Below are positions 17,648 through 26,858 of a DNA stretch of 31,300 nucleotides, in pieces. The notes beneath the pieces were generated by a model. That model saw only the letters and a program-made list of their open reading frames with translations. It ran no database searches and was not told the origin of the DNA. The stretch comes from Promethearchaeota archaeon (lineage in GTDB: Archaea > Asgardarchaeota > Lokiarchaeia > Sigyniarchaeales > SOKP01). Positions within the stretch are counted from its first letter, which is position 1. Every line of letters begins with the position of its first letter. The translations under genes and the position numbers were made by a program. The stretch covers positions 1 to 31,300 of the forward strand of contig JBHLPW010000055.1 in the NCBI GenBank assembly GCA_048939015.1. Direction: 5' to 3'.

Positions 17648-19234
17648 ATGTTAAGACAAATACATATTTTCTTTAATGGAAATCTCATATACGTAAAAGA
17701 TTATGCTACGGCTCTTGGAAGTGAAGAATTAAATAATGTAAAAACAATAATACAAAAATATATAGATATGCCCATGCCGGGGAAGACTTTTCAACGTAAT
17801 TTAACAGATTTTCAAATTTTCCATAGGGCATCTGATAATTTGTATTTTTTATTCATAACAGATATTATTGACTCACACCAATATATTGATACTATATTGA
17901 TAAAAACAATTAATGAATTTAAAGACCTATTTCCTAATCCTGAAAGACTGAAAGAAAATATACCCGAAAAAGAAGATTTTAATAACTTCTTGAATCAAAT
18001 TCAAAGAGATCTTCACTCCAAAATAGTATTAGTAGGACCATCTAATTCAGGGAAAACAACTTTATTTAATATGTTAAAAAGTGGCGAAGAAAAAACAATT
18101 ATGGAAGTCGCAAAATCAGCTAGTTTTGAAATCGATGGTATAAGTTTTGATTTATGGGATTTCCAATTAAAAGATAATTTTTCATTACTATGGTCAAAAT
18201 TCATTAAAGGCTCAGATTTAGTCATTCTTCTTTTCAATCTTGCTAATTATAATTTAAAAATGATAAACCATTTCTTAAATCTACAGAAAAGAGAAAGTGC
18301 TTATTCTAAATTATTAATAATTGGAAATAAAAGAGATTTAGTTGAGGATACAGATCTAAAAAGAATAAAAAATGAATTAAACATTCCCGATTTTAAGGAA
18401 ATCTCTTTAAATAGTATTGAAGCAAGAGCTCAAATTCATGATTTAATTGTAGAAACTCTTTGTTTAAAAGAAAAAAAGCCTACTAATTTTGAAAATTTAA
18501 TAAAAGATGCAGATAATTTGGTTTTGGAAGGAAAAAATGTTCAAGCTTTAGCCAAGTATAAAGAACTAATAACTTTATCCGAATCTTATCACGATATCAT
18601 GGCTACAAAATCGATAGAACAAAAAATATCAGAACTCAATAATAAAATCCAAAAACAATATGAAAGAAGGAAGGAAACAGAAAAAAAGATGGATTTTGAG
18701 ATTTCAAAACCTTTATTGTTTTCAAGAAAAATTACCGTAAAGCCTCTTCCTCAAGAAGGAATCGAAGTTGAAACTCTACTACCCGAACAAGAAATGACGG
18801 AGGAAGAATTGCCACGTGCGCCATCAAAACCTAGTGCATTAGTTTCTTTTCAAAAATTGGATAAAGAAATAGATATGAAGCCCCTTAAAATTCCAAAACC
18901 TCCTCTAAAGGTAATAAAGAAAGCTTCTATTCCTCAGGAAATTGAAAAGGAAATTCCTCCCCCAAAAATTGAGAGTATAGAAAAACCCAAAGCGAAGATG
19001 CCATTAGAGATATTTGGAGAACATGAAGATATAAAAAAGGAAATAGAGAAACCACTTGTTATCGATTTTACAAAAGAATTACAAAAAATGATAATTAGTA
19101 AAGGAAGTTCTCTTAGTATTGGTTTGTGTGAAAATTTAATATTAGAATTAGAAAAATCTTTAGGAAGACCTATAACACTCGAGGATGTAGAAATGGCCGC
19201 CAATTTCTTTGTTAAACAAGAAAAATTAACTTAA
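17648..19234 (+). CDS. Longin domain - Ras-superfamily small GTPase - helical bundle - Pro-rich linker - C-terminal helical domain
   Basis: N-terminal MLRQIHIFFNGNLIYVKDY...LYFLFITD longin pattern; G1 GPSNSGKT, degenerate G3 (WDFQL), G4 NKRD, G5-like ISL; a MIT/TPR-like helix bundle; PxxP-rich segment. Confidence 0.82.
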   Translation: MLRQIHIFFNGNLIYVKDYATALGSEELNNVKTIIQKYIDMPMPGKTFQRNLTDFQIFHRASDNLYFLFITDIIDSHQYIDTILIKTINEFKDLFPNPERLKENIPEKEDFNNFLNQIQRDLHSKIVLVGPSNSGKTTLFNMLKSGEEKTIMEVAKSASFEIDGISFDLWDFQLKDNFSLLWSKFIKGSDLVILLFNLANYNLKMINHFLNLQKRESAYSKLLIIGNKRDLVEDTDLKRIKNELNIPDFKEISLNSIEARAQIHDLIVETLCLKEKKPTNFENLIKDADNLVLEGKNVQALAKYKELITLSESYHDIMATKSIEQKISELNNKIQKQYERRKETEKKMDFEISKPLLFSRKITVKPLPQEGIEVETLLPEQEMTEEELPRAPSKPSALVSFQKLDKEIDMKPLKIPKPPLKVIKKASIPQEIEKEIPPPKIESIEKPKAKMPLEIFGEHEDIKKEIEKPLVIDFTKELQKMIISKGSSLSIGLCENLILELEKSLGRPITLEDVEMAANFFVKQEKLT

Positions 19235-19409
19235 CTTGCTATAATTCTTATTTTGATTTTTAAACTTTTTTTATAAAGTTCAATCAAAGTTCAGAATATA
19301 CTTCTTTTAAAATTATTCTATATTCACTAAAGTATTAACAAACTTTTTTGTTAAATTTAATTTAAATTTGAAATATTCAATTAAAAATAAAAATTCTATG
19401 GTCTAAAAT

Positions 19410-20906
19410 ATGAGTGCTATAAAAGAACTTCGCGATCATTTTGATGAAATAATGAGTTTGAACTATGCTCGCGCTGCTTTGAATTGGGATCAGGAAGTAA
19501 ATATGCGTAATTATAAATCTTTAGATGGTAAGGCAAAACAAATATCACTATTATCAAAATTAATTCATCAGAGAGAAACCTCGGAAAAAGTCGGAAAATT
19601 AATAAAAGAAGCAGAAAAAATTTCTGACCTTAATGAGATCGACAGTGCCTTATTGCGAGAGACTAAAAGGGAATATGATCTTGCGACTAAGTTACCAGAG
19701 AAATTAGTTGCTGAAATCGCGGAAACAAGTATAAAAGCTTCTGGTATTTGGAGAGAAGCTTATACTAAAAGCGATTTTTCACTCTTTAAAGAAATACTGG
19801 AAAAGACAGTTGAATTACAAAGAGAACAAGCAGAAAAATTAGCGACACACCCAGATATGTATTCCACATTAATAGATTTATATGAACCAAGTGCAACCTA
19901 TGATTGGATTGCTAATATATTTAATCCAATAAAATCAAAAATAGTAGATGTTGTAAAGAAGTTGAATTCATCCTCAGATAAGCCTGACGATTCAATTTTA
20001 CATAAAAATTATGATGTAGATAAACAATTCGAACTTAGTTTTGAGATAATTAAAAAATTCAATTATGATCTCGGATATGGTCGACAAGACAGATCTACGC
20101 ATCCATTTACAACAGCACTTGCTTCCGAAGATACACGTATAACTACAAGAACGAAGGAAGACTTTCTAAATGAATGTATTTTTGGAACTATTCATGAGTG
20201 TGGTCATGCTCTTTATGAAATGGGGATTAAAAAAGAACTTCATGATACAATATTATGTACTGGTACTTCAATGGGGATTCATGAGTCTCAATCAAGATTG
20301 CTGGAAAATATTGTTGGTAGAAGTAAAGAATTCTGGTCCTATTGGTATCCTACGTTCCAAAAATATTTCCCGGAGAACTTAAAGAATTATCCAATGGAGG
20401 AATTTCATCGAGCAGTGAACTGTGTCCAACCTTCGTTTATTAGAGTTAATGCTGATGAAGTCACTTATGGTTTACATGTTATTCTAAGATTTGAGATCGA
20501 AAAAGACATGATTGAAGGGAAAGTTCAAATAAATGAATTACCTGAATTATGGAATTCTAAAATGGAAGAATACCTTGGAATCACACCCCCTACAGACAAG
20601 GAGGGAGTATTACAAGATATGCATTGGGGCGGTGGAGCTATTGGATACTTCCCTACTTACTTTTTAGGGAGTCTTTATTCTGCTCAAATTTATTCAAAAG
20701 CTTTAGAAGCACATCCAAACTTACACGAGGATTACAAAAAAGGTGAGTTTTCTAACTTATTGAGCTACTTAAGAGAAAATATTCATCAGCATGGAAGCGT
20801 ATATAGAGCCAATGATTTGATAAAAAGGGTAACTGGAGAAGATTTAAATCCAAATTACTTTTTCGAATATGTAAAGAATAAATTCTATCCTATTTATAAA
20901 CTCTAA
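19410..20906 (+). CDS. M32 family carboxypeptidase (carboxypeptidase Taq-like)
   Basis: HPF, DTRITTR, HECGH, HESQS, IRVNADE and GYFPTY motifs. Confidence 0.95.
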   Translation: MSAIKELRDHFDEIMSLNYARAALNWDQEVNMRNYKSLDGKAKQISLLSKLIHQRETSEKVGKLIKEAEKISDLNEIDSALLRETKREYDLATKLPEKLVAEIAETSIKASGIWREAYTKSDFSLFKEILEKTVELQREQAEKLATHPDMYSTLIDLYEPSATYDWIANIFNPIKSKIVDVVKKLNSSSDKPDDSILHKNYDVDKQFELSFEIIKKFNYDLGYGRQDRSTHPFTTALASEDTRITTRTKEDFLNECIFGTIHECGHALYEMGIKKELHDTILCTGTSMGIHESQSRLLENIVGRSKEFWSYWYPTFQKYFPENLKNYPMEEFHRAVNCVQPSFIRVNADEVTYGLHVILRFEIEKDMIEGKVQINELPELWNSKMEEYLGITPPTDKEGVLQDMHWGGGAIGYFPTYFLGSLYSAQIYSKALEAHPNLHEDYKKGEFSNLLSYLRENIHQHGSVYRANDLIKRVTGEDLNPNYFFEYVKNKFYPIYKL

Positions 20907-20920
20907 TTCTTTTTTTTTTT
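20907..20920 (+). terminator. Archaeal oligo-T terminator
   Basis: A run of 11 T begins 3 nt after the stop codon. Confidence 0.55.
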
Positions 20921-21036
20921 AATGCAAACACATCCATACACCATTTTAAAAAATTTAGGAAGGATGGAAAAAAAGAAATATATTTCATATTTATATTGCT
21001 TCTTTCTAAATCCTATTATATTATACAATCTTAAAG

Positions 21037-22038
21037 TTGAAATTGTTGAAGACATATCAAGGAAATAAATTAAATCCGGTTGATTATACTTATATTAAAA
21101 ATTTGAGTGAAATTATTGGAAAACCAATACCTTCTCTGAAATATGTAAAACATGAATCATTTGGATTTATTTCAGAAAATGGATACATAACTGCCTTGAG
21201 TTTATTTGGAAAAGAATTAATTGAGCTTCCTGATGGTTTGGATAAATTAAAAATGTTAACTACTCTAAATCTTTGTAAAAATAATTTTACTTCTCTAAAT
21301 TTATCTATACTACATCTTAAAAATCTGCATACTCTAATTGTAAGAAATAATAATTTGAAAGTATTACCGGAATCAATAGGTAAAATAAATCAAATAGCCT
21401 ATTTAGATCTGCAGTCAAATCTTTTAGAGGATCTGCCAAATTCAATCGGAGAATTAAAGAAATGTGAGTTATTAAATTTAAATTATAATGCCTTGATTAC
21501 ATTACCCCCTCAAATAGGAAATTTGATTAATTTAAAGACTTTAGAGATTCAACATAATAAGTTGAAGGACATTCCAAAAGAGATTGGTTCTCTAATAAAG
21601 CTTGAGCATCTTTGGTTAAGTGATAATAAACTAAAAAACTTACCTTTAGAGATAGGTAATTTAAAAAATTTGAAAGAACTTTGGTTAAGATCTAATCTTC
21701 TTAGCTCAATACCTACAAGTATTTGTTTACTAGAAAATTTAACAGATCTTAGGGTATTCGAGAATAAAATTAGTTTAATTCCTGAATGCATAGATAAACT
21801 CTCTCATTTGACCAAATTAAACTTAAATTCAAATGATCTTAAATTTTTACCATGTAATATTGGATCTCTTAGAAATTTAGAAGAACTTATACTTTATGAG
21901 AATAATATTGCAGAGCTTCCTGAATCTATCATTAAGTTAAAAACATTAAAAAAAATTAATATTCGAAATAATCCAATAAACAGGAATTCATTGGTTCTCA
22001 AAGAATTAGAAAAGAAAGAGTGTCAAATTATTTTTTAA
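21037..22038 (+). CDS. Leucine-rich repeat protein
   Basis: About 11 tandem 23-aa repeats LxxLxLxxNxLxxLPxxIGxL; TTG start. Confidence 0.92.
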   Translation: MKLLKTYQGNKLNPVDYTYIKNLSEIIGKPIPSLKYVKHESFGFISENGYITALSLFGKELIELPDGLDKLKMLTTLNLCKNNFTSLNLSILHLKNLHTLIVRNNNLKVLPESIGKINQIAYLDLQSNLLEDLPNSIGELKKCELLNLNYNALITLPPQIGNLINLKTLEIQHNKLKDIPKEIGSLIKLEHLWLSDNKLKNLPLEIGNLKNLKELWLRSNLLSSIPTSICLLENLTDLRVFENKISLIPECIDKLSHLTKLNLNSNDLKFLPCNIGSLRNLEELILYENNIAELPESIIKLKTLKKINIRNNPINRNSLVLKELEKKECQIIF

Positions 22039-22216
22039 ATTCAATCTAGTTATTTCTGTTCAAAATAAATCAAATATATTAAAGAAAAATGTTATCCTAT
22101 TTTTGACTTTTAGACTTCATATCATTATTTTGTATATTTTTTAGAGAAAACTTTATTTTTATATAATCCTAATTTAAAGAAAAGATTGATCATAAAGAAG
22201 TAAGAAAGATTATAAC

Positions 22217-22810
22217 ATGTTATTACAAATAAAAAAATTTTCTGAAAAACTATTACTTCCCTTAGGTAAGAAATTAAAAAAGATACCAGCGAATTATTTT
22301 ACTTTATTTGGATTAATCAGTGCAATAATAACCTTTTTAGGTTCTATTTTTAATTATTTAATAATAATTATTGTTTTTCTATTTATAACTGAATTTTTCG
22401 ATCAATTGGATGGAGTTGTAGCCCGTCTTCAAGGTCCAACCGTATTGGGAGGGTTCTTAGATTCCACATTAGATAGAATTGGAGATTTCTTTTTATTTAT
22501 AGGTATGATTCTCGGAGGATATACAACATTATGGATTGGATTAATTGTTCTTATTGGAGCATTCCTGACTTCTTATACAAGAGCAAAAATAGAAGCATTA
22601 GGTGTAGATAATTTGTATGGGGTAGGGTTATTAGAAAGGACTGATCGCGTGCCAATATTGTTAATTGGGGCGATTTTTCAAATTTGGTTTCCATCTGCTT
22701 TATGGTGGACAATGATAATATTAGCAATTGGGACAAATATTACTGTGCTTCAAAGAATAATATATGCATTTCGAAAGTTTGGAAAAAAAAAAAGTGCTCT
22801 CAAAAATTAA
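22217..22810 (+). CDS. pgsA: CDP-alcohol phosphatidyltransferase (probable archaetidylinositol phosphate synthase)
   Basis: DQLDGVVAR...GGFLDSTLDRIGD signature; SYTRAKIEALG and GLLERTDR motifs. Confidence 0.85.
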   Translation: MLLQIKKFSEKLLLPLGKKLKKIPANYFTLFGLISAIITFLGSIFNYLIIIIVFLFITEFFDQLDGVVARLQGPTVLGGFLDSTLDRIGDFFLFIGMILGGYTTLWIGLIVLIGAFLTSYTRAKIEALGVDNLYGVGLLERTDRVPILLIGAIFQIWFPSALWWTMIILAIGTNITVLQRIIYAFRKFGKKKSALKN

Positions 22811-22860
22811 ATTAGATCTATCTTCTCAACAAGAATCTGTTTTTATAGTAATAATTTAAT

Positions 22861-23523
22861 CTAAAATTGCATCCGGTTAAATTTAATTATGTTTATACTC
22901 ATAATAACAATTGTAAGTGATATTCCCAAGGTTAATGCTAACATTTCTGTATTTAAATTTGGTATAAAGATAGAAGGTAATATTATAAGAGAAGAGAGTT
23001 GACTACCCAAATAAACTGAAAGAATTGCTGCTACGGGTACAGATGAAACCAATACACCAAAAAATATCCCTATCGAGCATGTAATTGCCATTGAAGAAAT
23101 ACTGGTAATTAAAGAGTTTATTGTGAGTTCCAAGAATCTACCAGATAAATCACCAGTAAATCCATCAATTATAACGCCAATAATAAACGAAATTGATACT
23201 GCTACAACTAAACATAAATATACTGCGAAAAATTTTGCTAAAAGTAAACTACTTCGCCTTACAGGTCTAATTAGGAATAACTCATAAACATGACGATTTT
23301 TTTCGTTAACAATTGAAGTACTCAACATTATTACGGAAAGTGTGCCTCCAATACTCGAAACAACAATAGCCACTAAAAATGAAATAGGTATACCTTCTAA
23401 TTCATTGGGATTAATGAATTGGATTAGAAATGATAATAGAGGCAAACCAAACCAGAGTACGATCATAACTTTTGATTTTGCATATCCTTTTAATTCATCA
23501 TAGAAAAGTAATAATAAACTCAA
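22861..23523 (-). CDS. ABC-2 type transporter permease
   Basis: About 6 TM helices; EK....YELFLIRPVRRSSLLLAKF motif; ATGA overlap with the ATPase gene. Confidence 0.85.
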   Translation of the reverse strand: MSLLLLFYDELKGYAKSKVMIVLWFGLPLLSFLIQFINPNELEGIPISFLVAIVVSSIGGTLSVIMLSTSIVNEKNRHVYELFLIRPVRRSSLLLAKFFAVYLCLVVAVSISFIIGVIIDGFTGDLSGRFLELTINSLITSISSMAITCSIGIFFGVLVSSVPVAAILSVYLGSQLSSLIILPSIFIPNLNTEMLALTLGISLTIVIMSINIIKFNRMQF

Positions 23524-24548
23524 TTATTTTCACCTCCAACATACTTTAAATATATCTCTTCTAAACTAGGCCTTAATAGATTAAAGTTGCGCATTTTACA
23601 CTTTTGCTCTTTTAAAATGTTAATTATTTGATAAATTGCTAAATCTATATCAATACTAGATCTCAAATGAATTAATTGTTTGTTTGACTTTATTTTTTTA
23701 ACGTATTCCACTTCAGATAAATCTTCTAATCCCTCACATAAACTAGTATTTTCAGCTACTTCAACTTCAATTACATTTCCAATATTGAATTTCTTTTGGA
23801 GTTCTTCAGGAGATCCAATATCTTTAATTTGACCTTGATTTAAAATTCCAATTTTATCAGCAATGTCTTGAACATCACTTAAAATATGGGAAGAAAATAT
23901 GACTGTATTGCCATCTTTCGATAAATTATTTATTATCTTCTTGAATTGATACCTCATTTGCGGATCTAATCCTGTTAATGGCTCATCCAAAACCAGGATT
24001 TGAGGTTTATGTAGAAGTGCTTGACCTAGTCTTAATTTTTGAACCATTCCTCCAGAGAGATAAGTTATTTTTTTATATCTTACTTCTGAAAGATTTATTA
24101 ACTCTAAAATTTCTTGAGTTCTTTGAGCAATCTGTTCTGAATTTAATCCAGATAAACGTCCAAATGTTTTAAACGCATGGTCAACTGTACGCCATTCTTG
24201 GAAACCTGCTTCCTGAGGATGATAACCTATTAGCTTATGCATTTCCTTCCAGTTATCCTTGATATTCATTCGATTAATATAAACTTCTCCTTCATAATCT
24301 TTAATTAAACCAACTAAAATTTTAATTGTAGTAGTTTTACCTGCTCCATTTGGTCCAATATATCCAAATATTTCGCCCTTTTGGATTTTAAAAGAGATGT
24401 TATCTAAAGCTAATAATTCTTTATAATTTTTGGAGATATTTCGGAATTCTATTAATCCTTCCTCATTTGAACTATTATCCCCCATTGTTTCAATACTTTT
24501 TTTTCTATTTAAATCCGAATTTATCATAGATCTCACGAAAATTTGCAT
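23520..24548 (-). CDS. ABC transporter ATP-binding protein (DrrA/CcmA-like)
   Basis: Walker A GPNGAGKTT, LSGG signature, Walker B LVLDEP and SSH motif. The true start is probably further downstream. Confidence 0.93.
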   Translation of the reverse strand: MQIFVRSMINSDLNRKKSIETMGDNSSNEEGLIEFRNISKNYKELLALDNISFKIQKGEIFGYIGPNGAGKTTTIKILVGLIKDYEGEVYINRMNIKDNWKEMHKLIGYHPQEAGFQEWRTVDHAFKTFGRLSGLNSEQIAQRTQEILELINLSEVRYKKITYLSGGMVQKLRLGQALLHKPQILVLDEPLTGLDPQMRYQFKKIINNLSKDGNTVIFSSHILSDVQDIADKIGILNQGQIKDIGSPEELQKKFNIGNVIEVEVAENTSLCEGLEDLSEVEYVKKIKSNKQLIHLRSSIDIDLAIYQIINILKEQKCKMRNFNLLRPSLEEIYLKYVGGENN

Positions 24549-24716
24549 TAAAATTAATTATCGATTATTCACATTAAATCTTTTTTAAATTAAACTGATA
24601 ATTAAATATTTAAAACAATGCTTAGAAAATTATAAAAAATTGTAAAATAATTTAAGTTAAAAGATTAAGGACGATATATAAATTTCTTTTTTAGATTTCT
24701 TCAGAAACATTATTGC

Positions 24717-25859
24717 CTAATTTCTTAATCTCGGAACAGGTACAAACACTTTTCGCATTCCTTCTAATAAAGATATAGCATTTTCAGGACAAAAATGAGC
24801 ACAAACACCACAACCTATACACCATTCTTCGTTACAATCAGCTTTATTATTATCATCGCCTTGAATTGCATCAACTGGACATTTTTCCATGCATGTTCCG
24901 CATCCAATACATTTATCTTTATCAATTTGACATAAGTAATTAGTTGAGTTTATCAGAGCAGTTACTCCCATTCTCCACCATTCAAGGGTTCCGCAACAGC
25001 ATTTACAACAATTACAAATTGAAGTTTCATCTCTAGTAATTTTTGAACCGGGATGAAAAGCTTTATGGACTAAACCATCTCTCTCTGAATCCTTTAAAAT
25101 TTTTAAAGCTTCTTCTTTTGAAATGGTTCTTGCGAAACCTTGCGCTACGCAATAACGAGCTGATTTCCCAAATGTAAAACAATTTTCTCTCAATTTAGTC
25201 GTTTTACATGGCTTTCCTAATAAATCTTTATGATGCCTACAAAAGCAATGACCAACAGCAATATCATCAAATTTGTTTATAATTTCTTCTACTTTTTGAG
25301 TGGGGATTATTTGCTCCTCGGGAACATCTATTTCCTGATTTATAGATATTTGTATTTCCTCATTAGAAACACTCTTATCCAAGATAGGGACTGTGCGATC
25401 ATAAGGAGGCAGATTTTTAAAGAAGGGGGCTATTGTATCATAATTGGCTTGAATAAAAACACTTAAATCTTCAAATAATTGAGTAAAAAGTTTTGCAAGT
25501 TTCTTTTCTTTTTCATTAAATTCTAATTTATTCATAAAGGTATATTCAAATACTCCAACCATTACAAAAGGTAATAATCTATAAACCATGACCCCGCCTG
25601 AGTTTGGTTGATTAAATATTAAACCTGCCTTGGCAAGAGAAGTTATTAGGCTCTCAATTTTTTTTTCTGGCATTTTACTGCTCTGCTTAAGTTGATCCAT
25701 AGTTTGAGATGATGTTCGTTTGAAAGCCATTATTAATTCTAATTCTTCTTCATTAATTAACAACTTTAATATTTTAATCATTGTATCTGTTATAGGAAAG
25801 GGGAACATTCCTGCTTTAACAATAACTCTTGCAGCTTGTTTATAATTTTGTTCAGACAT
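24717..25859 (-). CDS. Fe-S protein: N-terminal wHTH-like region, Cys-rich core and C-terminal 2x[4Fe-4S] ferredoxin domain
   Basis: HCFCR, C..C, CNCCKCCCG and two CxxCxxCxxxCP motifs. Confidence 0.85.
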   Translation of the reverse strand: MSEQNYKQAARVIVKAGMFPFPITDTMIKILKLLINEEELELIMAFKRTSSQTMDQLKQSSKMPEKKIESLITSLAKAGLIFNQPNSGGVMVYRLLPFVMVGVFEYTFMNKLEFNEKEKKLAKLFTQLFEDLSVFIQANYDTIAPFFKNLPPYDRTVPILDKSVSNEEIQISINQEIDVPEEQIIPTQKVEEIINKFDDIAVGHCFCRHHKDLLGKPCKTTKLRENCFTFGKSARYCVAQGFARTISKEEALKILKDSERDGLVHKAFHPGSKITRDETSICNCCKCCCGTLEWWRMGVTALINSTNYLCQIDKDKCIGCGTCMEKCPVDAIQGDDNNKADCNEEWCIGCGVCAHFCPENAISLLEGMRKVFVPVPRLRN

Positions 25860-25993
25860 AATCTCTCAAAATTAGTATTAACTTATGAGATTTAACAATT
25901 TAGTATCTTAATGTGCTAAGGAAAATTGTAAAATTTATTTATAATTTACTCAATTAGAAATTGAGATACCAAAATTTTACATTCAGTTAAGAT

Positions 25994-26027
25994 GAGGAAA
26001 TCTTTTTATACTTAATAGATTCTATTA
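25994..26027 (+). promoter_or_regulatory. Putative BRE/TATA promoter with an adjacent palindromic operator
   Basis: Purine-rich gaggaaa, then tttttata (26003-26010), then taataga-t-tctatta (26013-26027). Confidence 0.45.
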
Positions 26028-26058
26028 TGAAATAATAAAATTATAGGAGAAAATAATT

Positions 26059-26208
26059 ATGGAAGAATTTATGAAGAAACCAGATTATTCTAATGAAGAA
26101 GAAATTAATAAAGCTATTGGACATATACTCTGGGGTGATAGAGCTAAACCATTTTCAATGCGTCGCTTGATTTTTGGATTTATGAAAAAAAAAATAGGAG
26201 GGAAGTAA
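26059..26208 (+). CDS. Small 49-aa protein absent from the ORF track (MEEFMKKPDYSNEEEINKAIGHILWGDRAKPFSMRRLIFGFMKKKIGGK)
   Basis: AGGAGA RBS at 26045-26050; open frame to TAA 26206-26208; its 3' end contains the GGAGG RBS of the next gene, which starts 4 nt after the stop. Confidence 0.65.
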   Translation: MEEFMKKPDYSNEEEINKAIGHILWGDRAKPFSMRRLIFGFMKKKIGGK

Positions 26209-26212
26209 TAAA

Positions 26213-26857
26213 ATGGGAAGTAAAGAGGAATTAATGGAAGCAATGATAGATTTAAATGAAGATGAAGCTTATAAACAAGTTCGAGAATTAATTGAAGAAG
26301 GTGTAAATCCAGAAGATATTATTGAAATTCTTAGGAATGGTATAGAAGTAGTGGGAGATAAATTTAATAAGAAGGAGTATTTCTTAACCGAATTAGTAAT
26401 GGCTGGAGAAATTTTTTCTCAATCAGCTGAAATTCTTGGTCCTCACATGAAAAAAGTTACTGAAGGCAGGCGTAATTTAGAATCAATAGTAATTGGGACG
26501 GTAAAGGGAGATGTTCATGACATTGGGAAAAATATATTTGTTACTCTTTTAAAATCAGCTGGTTATAACGTTATAGATTTAGGAGTAGATATTCCTCCTG
26601 ATAAATTTGTTGAAAAAGTTAAAGAAACTGGAGCTAAAGTTGTTGCGTATTCAGGGTTACTAACTATCGCTTTAGAATCTATGAATGCAACGACCAAAGC
26701 TTTAGAAGCAGCAGGTCTTAGGCAAAATTTGAAAATTATTATTGGAGGACTTCCTGTTGATGAACTTTGGCTAAAAGAAGCAGGAGCAGACGCATTCACA
26801 GATAACGCTTTTGAAGGAGTAAAGATTGTAAATAAATGGTTAAGAGGTGTGGCATAA
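26213..26857 (+). CDS. Corrinoid (B12-binding) methyl-carrier protein, MtaC/MttC-like
   Basis: N-terminal cap domain (VG..F...EYFL.EL..AGE), GTVKGDVHDIGKN (DxHxxG), SGL and IIGG motifs. Confidence 0.93.
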   Translation: MGSKEELMEAMIDLNEDEAYKQVRELIEEGVNPEDIIEILRNGIEVVGDKFNKKEYFLTELVMAGEIFSQSAEILGPHMKKVTEGRRNLESIVIGTVKGDVHDIGKNIFVTLLKSAGYNVIDLGVDIPPDKFVEKVKETGAKVVAYSGLLTIALESMNATTKALEAAGLRQNLKIIIGGLPVDELWLKEAGADAFTDNAFEGVKIVNKWLRGVA

Positions 26858-26858
26858 G

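Noticed and set aside
21037-22038. LRR protein as a Roco or NLR-type immune protein
   Set aside because: It has no Roc/COR, TIR or NTPase domain. Stand-alone LRR proteins are common in this lineage.
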